Shown one piece after another: positions 35,054 through 48,367 of a stretch of DNA of 64,000 bases. The stretch lies in assembly GCA_965113315.1 (NCBI GenBank), contig OZ220382.1. One strand, 5' to 3'. The translations under genes were made by a program, and so were the position numbers. Positions within the stretch are counted from its first letter, which is position 1. Each line of letters opens with the position of its first letter. This stretch comes from Podarcis vaucheri (taxonomy: Eukaryota). Below the pieces are notes generated by a model, which had not been told where the DNA came from, searched no databases, and saw nothing but the letters and a program-made list of their open reading frames with translations.

Positions 35054-36870
35054 AATTCTATAAAATAATGAAAAAACAAATGCACCTGATAGCAGGATAT
35101 TCACATAGGATGCTGCCTTATATACTAAGTTATACCAACAGTTCACCTGCACTCTCCAACATTTCAAGCAGGTCCTTCTCCTAGCTCTGCCTGGAGATGC
35201 TTGGAATTGAACCTGAGGCCCTCTGCATTCAAAGCTGATCCTATACCACTAGGCTACAGCCCTTCCTCAAAGCAATTTTAGCCCTGATCAGTACCTGGAC
35301 AGGAGACCCATCTTGAACTCATTGAGGACAACTGCAGTGTACCAAGAAGATCTGCATTAGAATTCCCATTCATGTCCTGAAACTCCTTAGCTTGTTTTGG
35401 CTCAGATACATCCTCTTTCAATCTAATTTACCTTGAATATGGTTGTGAGGACAAAATAAGGCTAGCCTATGTCCCCTGCCCTGAACCCTCCGTAGCATAA
35501 ATAAACTGCTCAAGACTGGTAGGAGGAGGAGAATAGAAGCCCAGTTAATTAAGAATGTTGTTCTTGTAGCAGGTACAAACATAGTAATACATTGAGCTGC
35601 ATCAGGGATTTATGAATTCCCTGGAAATATTACTGAATTAGGCTATCTATTATGGGTAGGCTTGGATTTAAACCTTCCACTGTGCTGAGCTGCAGTCCAT
35701 GGAACCATTTAGAGGCACCTTTCAACCCAACTAATACAAGGAATTTGAAAGATTTGTTGTATTCCCAATTGTTAAGAGGGCTATTTATAACACTTAGTCA
35801 AAGAGTGCATAAAAGCATCCTTAACTGCTTTTTAAGAAGAAGATAAAATTATCTTTCCATTGCTAACGAAATATATTACTCTGATTTTTTTTCAGCTTCA
35901 GATTTGTTGTTTTGTAGCTCAGGTTGCTTGTCTCGCTGTTTTACCATTGCTACCTCTTCATCACTATGTCTGCAGCTTATAGCAGACATAAGCATGGAAT
36001 CAAAGTTGCTGTTTTTGTTTTATATATTCTGTTCAAATTAAAAATGCATACTACAGATGCAAGAAGGCACTGGTTTCCATTCCAACCTGTGTTCATCACA
36101 TGCATCATTGCTTTTGTTCCACTGCAGTTCAGCTTCTGGAAAAAAAGCAAAAAAAAAAAAAGTGCCTTGGTATTTCTTCTTGAAATGAAAAGTGGTATAT
36201 AAATTCTGTTAATCATAATTTATTCATCATACAGTCTGCTGGGAAGAATCTTACTTGCTTATTTGCATAATTATTTACATTATTTTAATGCTATTCTGTT
36301 ACTATTAGGCTATTGCACCCCATTCACGTCAGTACAATGGAAACCCAATGCAAATGGTAGGGAGCCATCAATTATGTATCATTAGCAGACTGAGAAACAA
36401 CAACAGTGAATATCAATGGTATTCACTGGATTGATTTCCATTCAAGACATGGGATGAACAAGCAAACATCAGCAATTTTCTGTTGCTGTCTCCATCAATA
36501 TTCTTTGACATCCCTACTACACACAATATTTGTCTGAATAGCAAGAATGCAAGTATTGCAGTGCAGAGAGATTGGATCTCATGCAGCCTTGGGCAGGGTG
36601 ATACAATATCCCTCAGTGATTCAACTAGCGCTGCCACCTGCATTGGCAGGTGGTAAACTGGTGTGGCCACTTCAAATATGGCTTTTGGGGTGGGAGATCA
36701 CAACTTATTTAAGAGACATTGCTGAGCTAGATGGGCAAATGGTCTGACTCAGCATAAGTCACCTTCCTAGGTTCAGAAAATGGCTTCTAAAAGGATCGAA
36801 TAAATGAAACAACTCTTGTTGCAGCATTTGAGGCCTTTAGTTTAGAGAAAAGGTAACAAATGGCATGATA

Positions 36871-37218
36871 GGTAAAGGTAAAGGGACCCCTGACCATTAG
36901 GTCCAGTCGTGACGGGCTCTGAGGTTGATGCACTCATCTTGCTTTATTGGCCGAGGGAGTCGGCGTACAGCTTCCGGGTCATGTGGCCAGCATGACTAAG
37001 CCACTTCTGGAGAAGCAGAGCAGCGCACAGAAACGCCATTTACCTTCCCGCTGGAGTGGTACCTATTTATCTACTTGCACTTTGATGTGCTTTTGAACTG
37101 CTGGGTTGGCAGGAGCAGGAACTGAGCAATGGGAGCTCACCCCATCGTGTGGATTTGAACCGCCAACCTTCTGATCGGCAAGCCCTAGGCTCTGTGGTTT
37201 AACCCACAGCGCCACCCA
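36871..37218 (-). mobile_element. Sauria SINE, near full length
   Basis: Collinear reverse complement of 44147-44492; ATGGCATG on both flanks. Confidence 0.92.
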
Positions 37219-38224
37219 TGGCATGGGGAATGGGGAACTTCTCAGCAATTGCCAGTTGCCATTTCTCCCCAGCATGCCCCAGAAACGGTGACCACCCACA
37301 TTCCCCAATAATTTGCTGAGAACAACACTGTCCGGAATTCAGGTGGAGGCAACAACCATTTACAAGCATTAACTGTTCGTTTCTGTTTCCCTCACTGAGC
37401 AGCAGCTGCAAGTCATGGGGCTATGTTTTCATTCCACAGTTCAGTTACTGTTGGGTTCCCACGGGAAAGGGAGACGGGATGTGACGTTTACTGGTTTCCT
37501 GTTTCCTTTGTTCTGTCATTCTTTGTCAGAGTTGCTCTCTGCTCTCACAGAGGCAAAATGTACCTTTGTGTGTTCTCGGTATAGCTTAGAAATAAAGCTT
37601 AGCAATGTAGCACCATACCTGCTTCATCCTTTCGTTTGCGGACACTGGGATTTTACTCTGCTTGGCTCAGGTCAAGATGAGTCGTATCAGCTCAAGGGCC
37701 GGAGCTGAATAAACTGACATTAACCCCCAAAATAGTACCACATAAATGGAACAGAAAGCCATCCTCAAACTTATTAAGAAATTTTGCTCCCTCCACAAAT
37801 AATATGGCCCCCAATTCATGCCTAAGAACTAATTGGCAAATTGAGCAGGGGGCATTTTCACTCAGCCCTGTGACATCTCCCCTGTTCTTTCATGTGTTTA
37901 GCAAGAGAGAGAGGGTTTTTTAAAAATGAAAACCACTTCAATAACCACATAAAGTTCCATTTCTTCCTTACATGCCCCTCAACAGACTTCTACAATGATA
38001 TGCTTGCATTGTATTCACCTGCAGTTTTGTCTGCATAAAAAGGAACTGGTTGGTGCTTGAAATGTCTCGCAACACCTGCAATAAGTCAGGGTCACAGTGA
38101 GATACTATAAAGCCTATAAAGCCTTTTTGATTCTTTTCAGCTCTAACCTTTCTCCCTGTATCTGTAACCCAGGAAAGAGCTGTAGGGACACTTGAGCACC
38201 TGCCTTAAGAGAAATTGTGAATAG

Positions 38225-38248
38225 GTAGAGTAGAGTAGAGTAGAGTAG
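38225..38248. repeat. (GTAGA)n pentanucleotide repeat
   Basis: Direct reading. Confidence 0.9.
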
Positions 38249-38260
38249 TGGGACGAGGTG

Positions 38261-38475
38261 CAGTGGTACCTCGGGTTAAGAACTTAATTCGTTCTGGCGA
38301 TCCGTTCTTAACCTGAAACTGTTCTTAACCTGAGGTACCACTTTAGCTAATGGGGCCTCCCGCTGCCACCACCACACGATTTCTGTTTTCATTCTGAAGT
38401 AAAGTTCTTAACCCAATGTACTATTTCTGGGTTAGTGGAGGTAACCTGAAGCATCTGTAACCCGAGGTACCACTG
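38261..38475. mobile_element. Tigger-like MITE
   Basis: TIR CAGTGGTACCTCGGGTTA / TAACCCGAGGTACCACTG|TA. Confidence 0.92.
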
Positions 38476-38503
38476 TAGAGGATTTGTGGTGCAGTAACAT
38501 CTT

Positions 38504-39017
38504 GGGATGCGGGTGGCGCTGTGGGTTTTCACCCCATTCATTTCAATGCAAAAGAAATGTAATGAAAATTGTGGGAGGGGGACAAAATCAATTATATATC
38601 ATTTGCTGACTGAAAGCAAGCACAACAGTGAATGCAGATTGTATTGAATAGTAGGCTCATAGCGTGGGTGGCGCTGTGGTGTAAATCACAGAGGCTAGGG
38701 CTTGCCGATCAGAAGGTTGACGGTTCGAATCCCTGTGACAGGGTGAGCTCCCGTTGCTCGGTCCATGCTCCTGCCAACCTAGCAGTTCGAAAGCATGAAG
38801 TGCAAGTATATAAATAGGTACCGCTCCAGCGGGAAGGTAAACGGTGTTTCCGTGTGCTGCTTTGGTTCGCCAGAAGCAGCTTAGTCATGCTGGCCACATG
38901 ACCCAGAAGCTGTCTGCAGACAAACGTCAGCTCCCTCAGCCGGTAAAGCGAGATGAGCGCCGCAACCTCAGAGTCATCCGCGACTGCACCTAACGGTCAG
39001 GGGTCCCTTTACCTTTT
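38504..39017 (+). mobile_element. Chimeric Sauria SINE: short head, 134-bp insert, then near-complete SINE
   Basis: TSD TAACATCTT at 38495-38503 and 39018-39026 brackets the whole unit; insert matches 14746-14879. Confidence 0.9.
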
Positions 39018-40044
39018 TAACATCTTGGCTGCATTGTGACATACACCAGATGACTGCTGAAGCAGACACTTCCAGGCTTCCTTCGATGTCATACAGCACA
39101 CCTTTCAGCAGTGGCAAAGTTTTATTAGCTCCAAAGTTCTTAAGAAAAGGCTGACTTAAGAATCCTCTTGGCTTGTAAATGGAAATCAGTCAATGAACTC
39201 TCAAGGACAGCATGGTTTAACTCCACAGATACACTGCAAATTTAAAAAGAAAGGGGAGATATATTTGCTTGAGAGAAGACAGGTTAAAATATACATTTAC
39301 TTTTCTTTTCTTTTTGGCATGAGTTCCTTTGTCGAGAACTAGATGTGTTATCATAACCTAACAGAGTTTAATTCACTTAATTCACAAGAAAATATGAAAC
39401 ACTGAAATTAAGAGAAGGAAAGTGGGACACTGAGAGGAACCAAAATTGACAGATTCACCCATTGTTACTTGACTCACATTGTCACAGCCTCATCATCCCC
39501 CACAGTAGCCAGCTGACAGCAATAGCAGACCCAGAACACTAAGTTTTGTTTTCTATGCCTCATTTCAGGCACAACAGCATGCAAGGTGACTTTGCCCATT
39601 TGTGTGGCCCAGAAACAAGTGGGGGAGGCAGAGTTCCATCTCCCTGTCAGGGTCTCATGAGATTCTTTGAAGGATGGTCATCACCCTGCAGGAACTCACA
39701 AGAGGGAGGAGGGGCTGAGAAAGAGCTAAATGCTAAGTGACTCCCACAGAGGGGGCCAGGGTGCTTTCCAACCCTGACAGAGTGCCATTACATCAAGGCT
39801 GAGTGGAATGAGGAACTGATCCTTGCCCTATTGTCATGCCAACCCTGCTTGCCTGCTGAAGTCAATAACAATTTGACCCGATTTTCACCCAACACTGGTA
39901 TCCTGTTTTAGGGCACAACAATACTTCCTCTTGTTCCATTGCTTTCCCCCAGGGGAAACTACCCTTTGGCACTCAATCAGAGAAAAGAACAATTTGGGTT
40001 TTCTCCAGATTGATACTTGTTCTTGTTTGCGTGTTGAGTTCCAC

Positions 40045-40845
40045 AGTGCCACCCCCCAAATAATTACACACTTCACACATCAATTTTGTTTAAGGTTTTT
40101 GGCATAATTTTGGCCACAACTTTATTCAAAATACAAAAAATTGTGAGTGGTTGCTTAGGCATTGGTTATGACTATCTGTCCTGGCCCTCAAGGACAGGGC
40201 TGGCCCTTCCGGACTCCACCGGAAGCCAGCGTGGGAAACAAGTATTGGATAGAAGGGAGGCCGGGAAACAAGCCCTCACTTCTGACCCTCATGTTCCGGT
40301 GGGGCTTGCACAGCCCAAGTCCGGCTCCACGGACAAGGACAAAAGAATGGCAAGCCCCTGGATTCCTTTAACGGAATTCCCTTTCCGCATCATTTGGAGG
40401 GGTAGGCACTTACCCCTCCAAGCACCAATTAACCAATGCCTAACCGCCAACCTTACAAGTTGTGACGATTTGCTACGCAGTAGGCAAAAACCAAATGGCA
40501 CCAGCCAATCAGCCAGATGGCAAAATTCCTACCGTGCCCCCGCACCAAGGCGAACGACACCATGACAGGCATAGCAAGGTCAAGCGATCAGCTTAAATAA
40601 AAAACCCCCCTATTAAAGGGAGGGAGGGCGGGTGATCCGATGCAAAACGGCCAAGAGGACGTCCCTACATCTGGCCCTTCTATTTAAAGCTTCTGACTCC
40701 TCCTCCAAATTGGTAACAATCATATTCCCCCAGCAACCCGATTAACCCTAAAGGCCAGGGTTGCAGATTAATTTGCCTAGTCATGGCTGGGCGGCCTGTT
40801 CCCCAACCGCAACACGTGCTCTCTGTTAGGGAGAACACGCTTTAG
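40045..40845 (-). mobile_element. ~0.8 kb structured non-coding element (copy E3), putative DIRS/Ngaro-like derivative
   Basis: GGCCACAACTTTATT, TTAGGCATTGG, GGATTCCTTTAACGGAAT, CCAATGCCTAA, AAGTTGTGA, TTGCTACG..GTAGGCAAAAA, AGCAAGGTCA and GGGAGGG motifs in the same order as E2; boundaries approximate. Confidence 0.65.
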
Positions 40846-40983
40846 CACTAAGGAGTGGCTTTTCCATGGGAAAGGAGCTGGATGGTCAAGCAGAAAACTG
40901 ATTTGATCCATGTTTTCTGGTACAGGAACAGGTGTGGATGAGCCCTAAGTAATTCCACCACATCTGCCGGGGCAAAAGTTTCA

Positions 40984-40984
<1 letters not shown>

Positions 40985-41026
<42 letters not shown>
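40985..41026. repeat. (GAAA)n microsatellite
   Basis: Direct reading. Confidence 0.95.
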
Positions 41027-41028
<2 letters not shown>

Positions 41029-41770
41029 CGTGCGGACTACTGCCCTGCCACCATTGCATGGGCCTGGCAACACCACTTGCCTACCCACAAAGCTCCTCTA
41101 AGGAGAGGGGTAGTTTTGCATCAGAACAGTTTTATTTTGGAAAGCATGTGAATTAGAAAACTAATTATGTAATGCCTCCAACTCAGTATGTTGCTCTTGT
41201 GGAACTCATAGTTTAATATTTTGCTGTAGTACGTAGCATTAAGCATAATAGCAACATATGTTATCTTTCTGTTGTACTTGGTAGAATGTAATTCTGTGAT
41301 TTTTGCTGTGCCTATTAGTCCCTGGAAGCAACTTTTATTTACATTACAGAATTTTATTTAAGTTTTCAGCTGTGTTCTTCACATGTTTCTATGAACAAAA
41401 GCGTATAGATAAATAGATTGATAGATAGACAATTTTACTTGGCCTCAGCTGGATTATTGTTAGAAAGTTTTCTCTTCTCCCTCCCCTTGGAAAAAAAAGT
41501 ATGCGCTACACCCCTTATTCTAACTGGTGGATGCTGAAAGAGATGTAAAAGATCAAATAGTGCTATTCAAAGATCAGAGGAAAATCCTGCTGTGTTGATC
41601 CGAAGTCTTTTCTCCAATTAATTCACCACGATGCCTTGTCGCTGAATCCGACAAATGAACCTACAAGACCTGTGTGAGAAATACAATTGACAGCATAATA
41701 GTTGCCACCTCAGCATACACACCAGCCATCACAACAGAGCAACATAATTCATCCTTTTGTGAGTATGTTC

Positions 41771-41772
41771 GT

Positions 41773-41817
<45 letters not shown>
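41771..41817. repeat. (GT)n microsatellite
   Basis: Direct reading. Confidence 0.95.
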
Positions 41818-41818
<1 letters not shown>

Positions 41819-42813
41819 AGGGAAACCATTTTTATCTCATAGTGTATTAAAAGACCTATATAAATGCAAATGCAACCAAAAACACAATTGATTTTCTATG
41901 GATTTTCAAAGACTTCAGTATAACTAACTGCTCTACTAGACAGAAGACGTTGCCTAATAAATGTCACCATGGCTCCCCTAAAGGGAAATGGAACAATGTT
42001 ACTGAAAATCAGAACTTTTTAAAATGTTCTCTAATCTTTTTGATGTCCCTTGGCAGTTTCCTGGATTACAATAAAGCCATGGGAGCCTTTTTTTAAAAAA
42101 CCACTGGTGTCAGGTGAACACTGGGACTAAGCTGCAGTGGAGGAAAACAGGGAGTCCAAACTGTAGTGGAGTCAGAGGCAATGACAGGCAGAACCAACTA
42201 ATTTTAGTGTTGTCCCCATCCTCCTGCCTGCTGAGTTCTACAAGGACAACATGGGGACTAAAAAGGAGAAAGCTGGCAGCTGTTGCCACTGCTTAAAATT
42301 GTAAGTAAGAAAGCAGGCAGGTGGAGGCTGGCTAAGTGCAAACTGAAGTTGGTGGGACACTGTATTGTTTGCCCTAGTGGACCAGCTTCCACACACAAAA
42401 TGAGGTACCTGTACAAACAAATAAATAGGAGTGATAAACTGAATATTGATTTTGTCCTTTTACTCAAAACAATGGAGAAAAGTTAGTATTCAAATATCAT
42501 CACACATTTCTGCAAAATAAATCTACATTTCTGAGAAACAGTTCTGTCCATTTCATTTTCAGAAATAAGGGTCATTTTCACATACCTTTCCTAGTGTGTA
42601 AGCTGCTGCTGCTACTGCATCCAGTTGTTTCACTGGCAGTTTGGGTGCGTGCAAAGACTTCCACCTATGTGTTGGCTTTCTCGTGTGCTTTGCAGCAGCC
42701 ATCATAAGAGTCACAGCATCAAACAAATGTTTTGTAAAATTGCCATGAAGCCAAACCACTTAAGTAGAAATATTTGCATGTACTTCCCCTGGCGAAGGAG
42801 AACTGTAACAGCA

Positions 42814-43075
42814 CTAGGGGGTGAGGAGAAAACAATATTCATTTCACATCTAAAGGCAAACCTACTGTACCTGATTTGCAATTTCTGAAACAATACATGA
42901 ACCAAAACACAGCCATCCTTTGAAATTCACTCTTCTCTGAATTGTGCAATGCAGTTCTCCAGCCAAGAGATGTCTACAAAAATGCATGTTCTAGGGTGAA
43001 ATATATGCATGCATAAAAATACACATATTAGTGAAAACAACATACATTTGGGGAAATTGCTTTGCAAAAACTTGT
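42814..43075. mobile_element. hAT-like element (211-677 family), truncated next to a MITE
   Basis: TAGGGGGTG start; TTCACATCTAAAGGCAAACCTA shared with 211-677. Confidence 0.7.
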
Positions 43076-43076
43076 A

Positions 43077-43285
43077 CAGTCATACTTTGTGTTGCGTTTG
43101 CTTCAGGTTGCGCGTTTTCAGGTTGCATCCCATGGCAATCCAGAAGTACCAGAAAGGGTTACTTCTGGGTTTTGCCACTCGCACATGCACAGATGTACAA
43201 AATGACATCATGTGCATGAGCAGAAGCAGCAAATCATGACCTGTGCCTCCAGAACGGATCCCATTCACAACCAGAGGTACCACTG
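43077..43285. mobile_element. Tigger-like MITE (different subfamily)
   Basis: TA|CAGTCATAC...GAGGTACCACTG|TA; CAGGTTGC subterminal repeats. Confidence 0.75.
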
Positions 43286-44146
43286 TATTGTGAAGTAGTT
43301 TGACTTTACTGCTTTTATATATTATGGGAATGCATGTCTTGCTTGTATGCCTTGTTGCAACTCCTTGGGGAGACTTAGCTGGTGTCCCAAGGCTCATGAA
43401 ACACAAAAGTACAGGCATCTGCCATTGTTGTTGTGACTAACTGCATCTCTCTCTCTCTAAGAGTGGGAAACTTAAAAGCTCAAAACTTCCTTGAACATGC
43501 ATCCCAAGAGGAGGAGCACATGATTGACAGGGGAGAACTATAAAAACAGATAGGCAGCCAGGAGGCTTTAGTTCCAGGTGGAACTCACATGCTAAGCAAA
43601 TTTTGTGTGCACCCGAGAGAGAGGAAAAAAGGAAGAAAGGCCTGCTTGCAAACAAGGAATTTTGCTAAGAGCCAGCTGAGCTTATAGACTGTTCTAGACA
43701 AGGGCCAGTGGATCACATTTATCCAACTTTGATTTGAATTTGCTCCAAAGGGAATATTTTGAGCTTCTGTAATTTTGGGACATCACATTTCTTTTTCTGT
43801 AACATTTACCTGTTTTATTTTTGTTTTAGTGTATTCTTTACTTGTTTCATAAGCAATATGTACTCTCAGTTTAATGTAAACACCCTCGCAATACCTTGAG
43901 ACAATATGCCAACATTATCAGTTGTTTCTTTCCTGACAGCAGTGTATTCTTTTCCAATTATGCATCCATTCCTCACTCAGTACTATTCAGAACTGGTTGA
44001 TATTACACTAAGGGCATTAAAGGCTGGTCTACTTCAAGAAGACAAAAGCTGCAATGATGCAGAATGGCAAAGGTAGTTGTAAACTTAGAAGCTTTACTGG
44101 AAGAACATGCATTAGAATGCATAACATTAAAACATACCTAACTTTC

Positions 44147-44492
44147 TGGATGTGGGTGGCGCTGCGGGTTAATCACAGAGCCTAGGACTTGCCAGAAGGT
44201 TGGCGGTTTGAATCCCCGCGATGGGCTGAGCTCCCGTTGCTCAGTCCCTGCTCCTGCCAACCTAGCAGTTCGAAAGCACGTCAAAGTGCAAGTAGATAAA
44301 TAGGTACCGCTCCGGCAGGAAGGTAAACGGCATTTCCGTGCGCTGCTCTGGTTCGCCAGAAGCGGCTTAGTCATGCTGGCCACATGACCCAGAAGCTGTA
44401 CGCCGGCTCCCTCGGCCAATAAAGCAAGATGAGCGTCGCAACCCCAGAGTCAGTCACGACTGGACCTAATGGTCAGGGGCTCCTTTATCTTT
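44147..44492 (+). mobile_element. Sauria SINE, full length
   Basis: Head, B-box-like GGTTTGAATCC, core and tail; degenerate TSD TAACTTTC/TAACTTAC. Confidence 0.93.
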
Positions 44493-44660
44493 TAACTTAC
44501 GGGAATGTATAAAAATGTGGCATGTGCAAACTACGCATCAACCCAACACACAGGTCTCCCTCTTCAACTCACTCATGTTGCACCAGGTCAGCCTATTATA
44601 TTAGCAAACCACTGTAAGATTATATCAGTAACCACCCCTGGGTGCACTAGCCATCCCAGT

Positions 44661-44853
44661 AAGAGCTGTAGTTCAGTGGTAGAGCATCTTCCTCGGATTC
44701 AGAAGGTCCTATATTTAAACTCCAGCATTTCCAGGCAGACCTAGGAATGACTCTGCCTAAAAATTTAGAAAGCCACTGCAGATCATTGTGGGCAATAGTG
44801 AGCTTGATGGATCATTGGTGTAACTTAGTATAAGGTTGCTTTCTGTGTCCCTA
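44661..44853 (+). mobile_element. tRNA-derived SINE with CR1-like tail (likely Squam3)
   Basis: GAGCTGTAGTTCAGTGGTAGAGCATC head; GATGGATCATTGG..TATAAGGTTGCTTTCTGTGTCC tail. Confidence 0.75.
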
Positions 44854-45234
44854 TACTCCAGTACTGTGCTTACGTCTTCTTTAGGAAAGAATTGTGGCCA
44901 TTCAGTCCTACAGGGAAACTAGAATAGCACAAGGTATGTGAAAAGGGATTCTTTTCTGTCTGCATCGTTAGTGAGAAATTTAGAGTGTAGTCTGGCTAGG
45001 CGTCTGCACTACAGCTTCAGGAAGTGGTCCTCAGCTACCTGCTTTGCATACTGTGCTTCCAGTTTATAGGGGTATCTTCACTCCTTGGAAACAAGGTGGA
45101 TTAGTGGATTCTGATTACTGGTACTTAGTGGAGGATGCTGAACCATCAACATCAGTAGGTGATCCATCCTTTTCCTATGGACAGCCTGCAGAATGCTTTC
45201 CTTCAGACTGAACCTCAAGAGAACTTGAGAACAA

Positions 45235-45432
45235 CCTTGTTTAGATGGCTTTAAAGGGGGTTTAGAAAAATCTATGGGAGATATGGCTGTCAACTGCTAC
45301 TAGCAATAAGAGTATGTGGTACCTCCAGGGTGTGAGGCAACATGCCTCTGGATCCCAGTGACTGTTTGCAGGATTCCCAATGGCATCTAGTTGGCCACTT
45401 TTGGTCTGAGTCAACGGGGCTCTTCTTCTGGG
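45235..45432 (+). mobile_element. CR1 3' fragment
   Basis: LDGFKGGLEKSMGDMAVNCY* C-terminus plus partial 3' UTR. Confidence 0.65.
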
Positions 45433-47013
45433 CTCTTGGCTTGTCTCCATAGAGTTGTCTTCAGCATCAAAATCAGTGTCAGAGTCCTGAATATATGCTG
45501 TTGACATTGACACCACAAGGAATAAAATATTCCTCTAGACATTCCTGCGATATACATGCCCTTCACCCAAATGTACCCTGCCTATCACCATAACATAAGA
45601 CATTTATTTTCTAATAATAAGAACAGCACACAGAAACTGAAAGACAACAAGAAGCCCGGCAACTGAGCTTTACTATGTGATTTAGTCTTACAAGATGAGG
45701 GACCCAAAGGAGCCAATGGAGTTATTACATTTCTCTTCATTTGTAGCTATGTATCTTGAAGCAGAGAAGTTCTACTTCTTACTAGTAGCCTGAGGCAACA
45801 GGCATGGAAGATGAGACTTCAATGAGATTTAGGATGTACAGAAACTAAGCCATGAGGTAGATGTAAGAGTGCTTTCTGATTTACAAGAATAAAAAAAAAA
45901 AATCCCTAGAATGTTGCTCTGGAAGTCTCTCAAGACAAACAACTGAATGACTTTGACAGAGCCTATATAGGAAACTTGCCTTTTCTGCCCCAGCCCCAGT
46001 ACACTCAGTTCCACAACACAGAGGAAATCATCTAACAAAAAGGAAGTGATTTATCGAACCCAAAACACTTCCTCTTTTGATTACGCCACCTTTGAGAATA
46101 CAGGTAACAGATGAAGACTGTCTCTCCAACCTCTGAAGGAACTCTGCAAGTAACAGGACAAATGGGTGTGTGGGGAGAATCAGAGGGAGCAGAGGAGTGA
46201 CAAAGTAAAAACTTGGAAAGCATCCTGCCACTATTACGAGACCAGGAGGGAAGAAATGCCAATTATAAAAAAATAGCAGCACATAGCTTGAGGAGAGGAA
46301 AGGGAACCAAAAGTTAAGAAGATCCACAAAATACATACATACACACACACACACATTGCAGTGAAGATAGGAAAGGACACAAATATTAATTGGCCAGTTC
46401 CTTCCAATTATTTTACAATATTTATGTGCATAGAGTCTCACTAGAGATGCAGCCTTTTAATATTTTTTGCATCTTTGTTTCTTAATTTCTCTCCTGCCTT
46501 TCTACTATCATAGCCAAATTAATTGGGTTAAATCAATATATAGCTAAAGCTTTAGCTGATAACTTGGTCAAGGCACTTTAAAGGGGGATAAATTCTAATT
46601 TTGGGTCGGCACACCTATTTGGTTTCTTGAGGTTGTTTTTCATTCTGCTGTGTTACTGCAGTGAGGAATGAAGTAGAAAACGAACTGCTTCAGCTGTGAT
46701 GCTATGTCTTAGGTTCGTATTCTGAAAATGACCATAGATGAGCCTGCTAAAACCTCCTTGTTTATTGTGTTTTGGTTACAGCCCTGTTGGTACTCACTTG
46801 CTAAGAGCTTATACACACTTGTCCCGCTTCTTTCCCCTGGGGGAAGCTGCTCTTTAGAGCTCAATCAGAGCAATTGGGTTTTCTGCGGATTGCCATTTGT
46901 TCCAATTTGAAGCTAAAGAGTGGGCTTTTTCCTGGAGCAAGAGGAAAACTGCTCAGACCCATGCTTTCTAGGCATGGGCCAAGCAGAAGTGTAGACAAGC
47001 CCTGAGTTCAATA

Positions 47014-47244
47014 CAGTGGTACTTCGGGTTAAAAACTTAATTTGTTCTGGAGGTCCGTTCTTAACCCAAAACTGTTCTTAACCTGAGATACCACTTTAGC
47101 TAATGGGGCCTCCTGCTGCTGCCGCACGATTTCTGTTCTCACCCTGAAGCAAAGTGCTTAACCCCAGGTACTATTTCTGGGTTAGCAGAGTCTGTAACCT
47201 GGAGCATGTGTAACCTGGAGCATGTGTAACCCGAGGTACCACTA
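47014..47244. mobile_element. Tigger-like MITE
   Basis: TA|CAGTGGTACTTCGGGTTA ... TAACCCGAGGTACCACTA|TA. Confidence 0.9.
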
Positions 47245-47347
47245 TATTAGAAGTAGTAACTTTCTGGAAGGCTACCATAACTGAGTGTGTTGAAGAAGAG
47301 CTAAGAGCTAGGTGACCATAAAACCATTTGAGAAAATGGGATCATTA

Positions 47348-47816
47348 CTGTATTTTTCCGTGTATAACACGCCCCCATGTATAAGACGACCCCTATTTGG
47401 GGGGATTCCAAACTAAGAAAATGGGGGGAAGATTGCCCAGAGTTCTTAAGCTTTTTGGGGGGGTTGCTGAAAATCCCTCACCCGCCTGACCGACGCTGAC
47501 AATCAAACATGCCGCCAAAGTTACCAATTGTATGCCTGCTCGCCGCCAGCAACCGCCAGTAGCCCGCCCAATTGCCACCACAGCAGCCAATCGACAGCAG
47601 CCCTTGCTGCAGCCACCAATCACCCGCCCAATCACCGCTGACAATCTCCTGCTCACAGCTGCCACCAATCACCCGCCCAATCACCGCTGACAATCTCCTG
47701 CTCACGGCTGCAACCAATCGCCCGCCCCCCCATGCACTATTCATGTATAAGACGACCCCAAATTTTTAACAATATTTTATAATTAAAAACATTGTCTTAT
47801 ACACAGAAAACTATGG
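47348..47816. mobile_element. Non-autonomous pogo/Tc2-like element with an internal 49-bp tandem repeat
   Basis: TIRs CTGTATTTTTCCGTGTATAACAC / GTCTTATACACAGAAAACTATGG; TA TSD; subterminal direct repeat CATGTATAAGACGACCCC. Confidence 0.85.
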
Positions 47817-48367
47817 TATTTGCCTGTTTGTTCCACTACTATAAATCCACTAGACAGACAGGTAAGCAGGAAACAGGGAGGCCATCCTGAGAAGCTTCTT
47901 CAGAGATGATGATGCCACCTTTCCCACACCCCTGACATTGCTTTACTCTCTCATTTTGTCCCTGATCAGTCGTGAAGGCTAATCCTGGCCTAATTCACAG
48001 AGATCCTATAAGAATTACAGATAACAGCAATGATTATTAGTTGTTTTATTTAACAAAATTTATATACCATTTGATTGTAAGAAAACTCCAAGCAACAGGC
48101 ATGGAAGGCATTAAAAATAAACATAATAATTATATTATTTATTTACGACAAGAAAAATAATATAATTATCACGATAACACATTAAATGTATTGATAAAAA
48201 TATTTTAAAACTTTCAAGAGGTAATTAAAATCAACATTAGCTAAAGAGAGATAAGACACATGTAACTTGTACATGTCTGGATAAGCTTGCCTGAACAAAA
48301 ATATTTTAAGCAGGGATTGAGAAGAATATAGCTTTATCATTTATAGCACATCTAAAATGTTCTGTGT

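Noticed and set aside
40086-40565. 159-aa ORF within E3
   Set aside because: Non-ATG start, antisense to the inferred transcript, and no equivalent ORF in E1 or E2
45262-45516. Acidic ORF (DSDTDFDAEDNS)
   Set aside because: Runs antisense into a CR1 fragment; no convincing splice pair
47600-47730. CRISPR-like repeat
   Set aside because: Head-to-tail tandem repeat without unique spacers, inside a eukaryotic transposon
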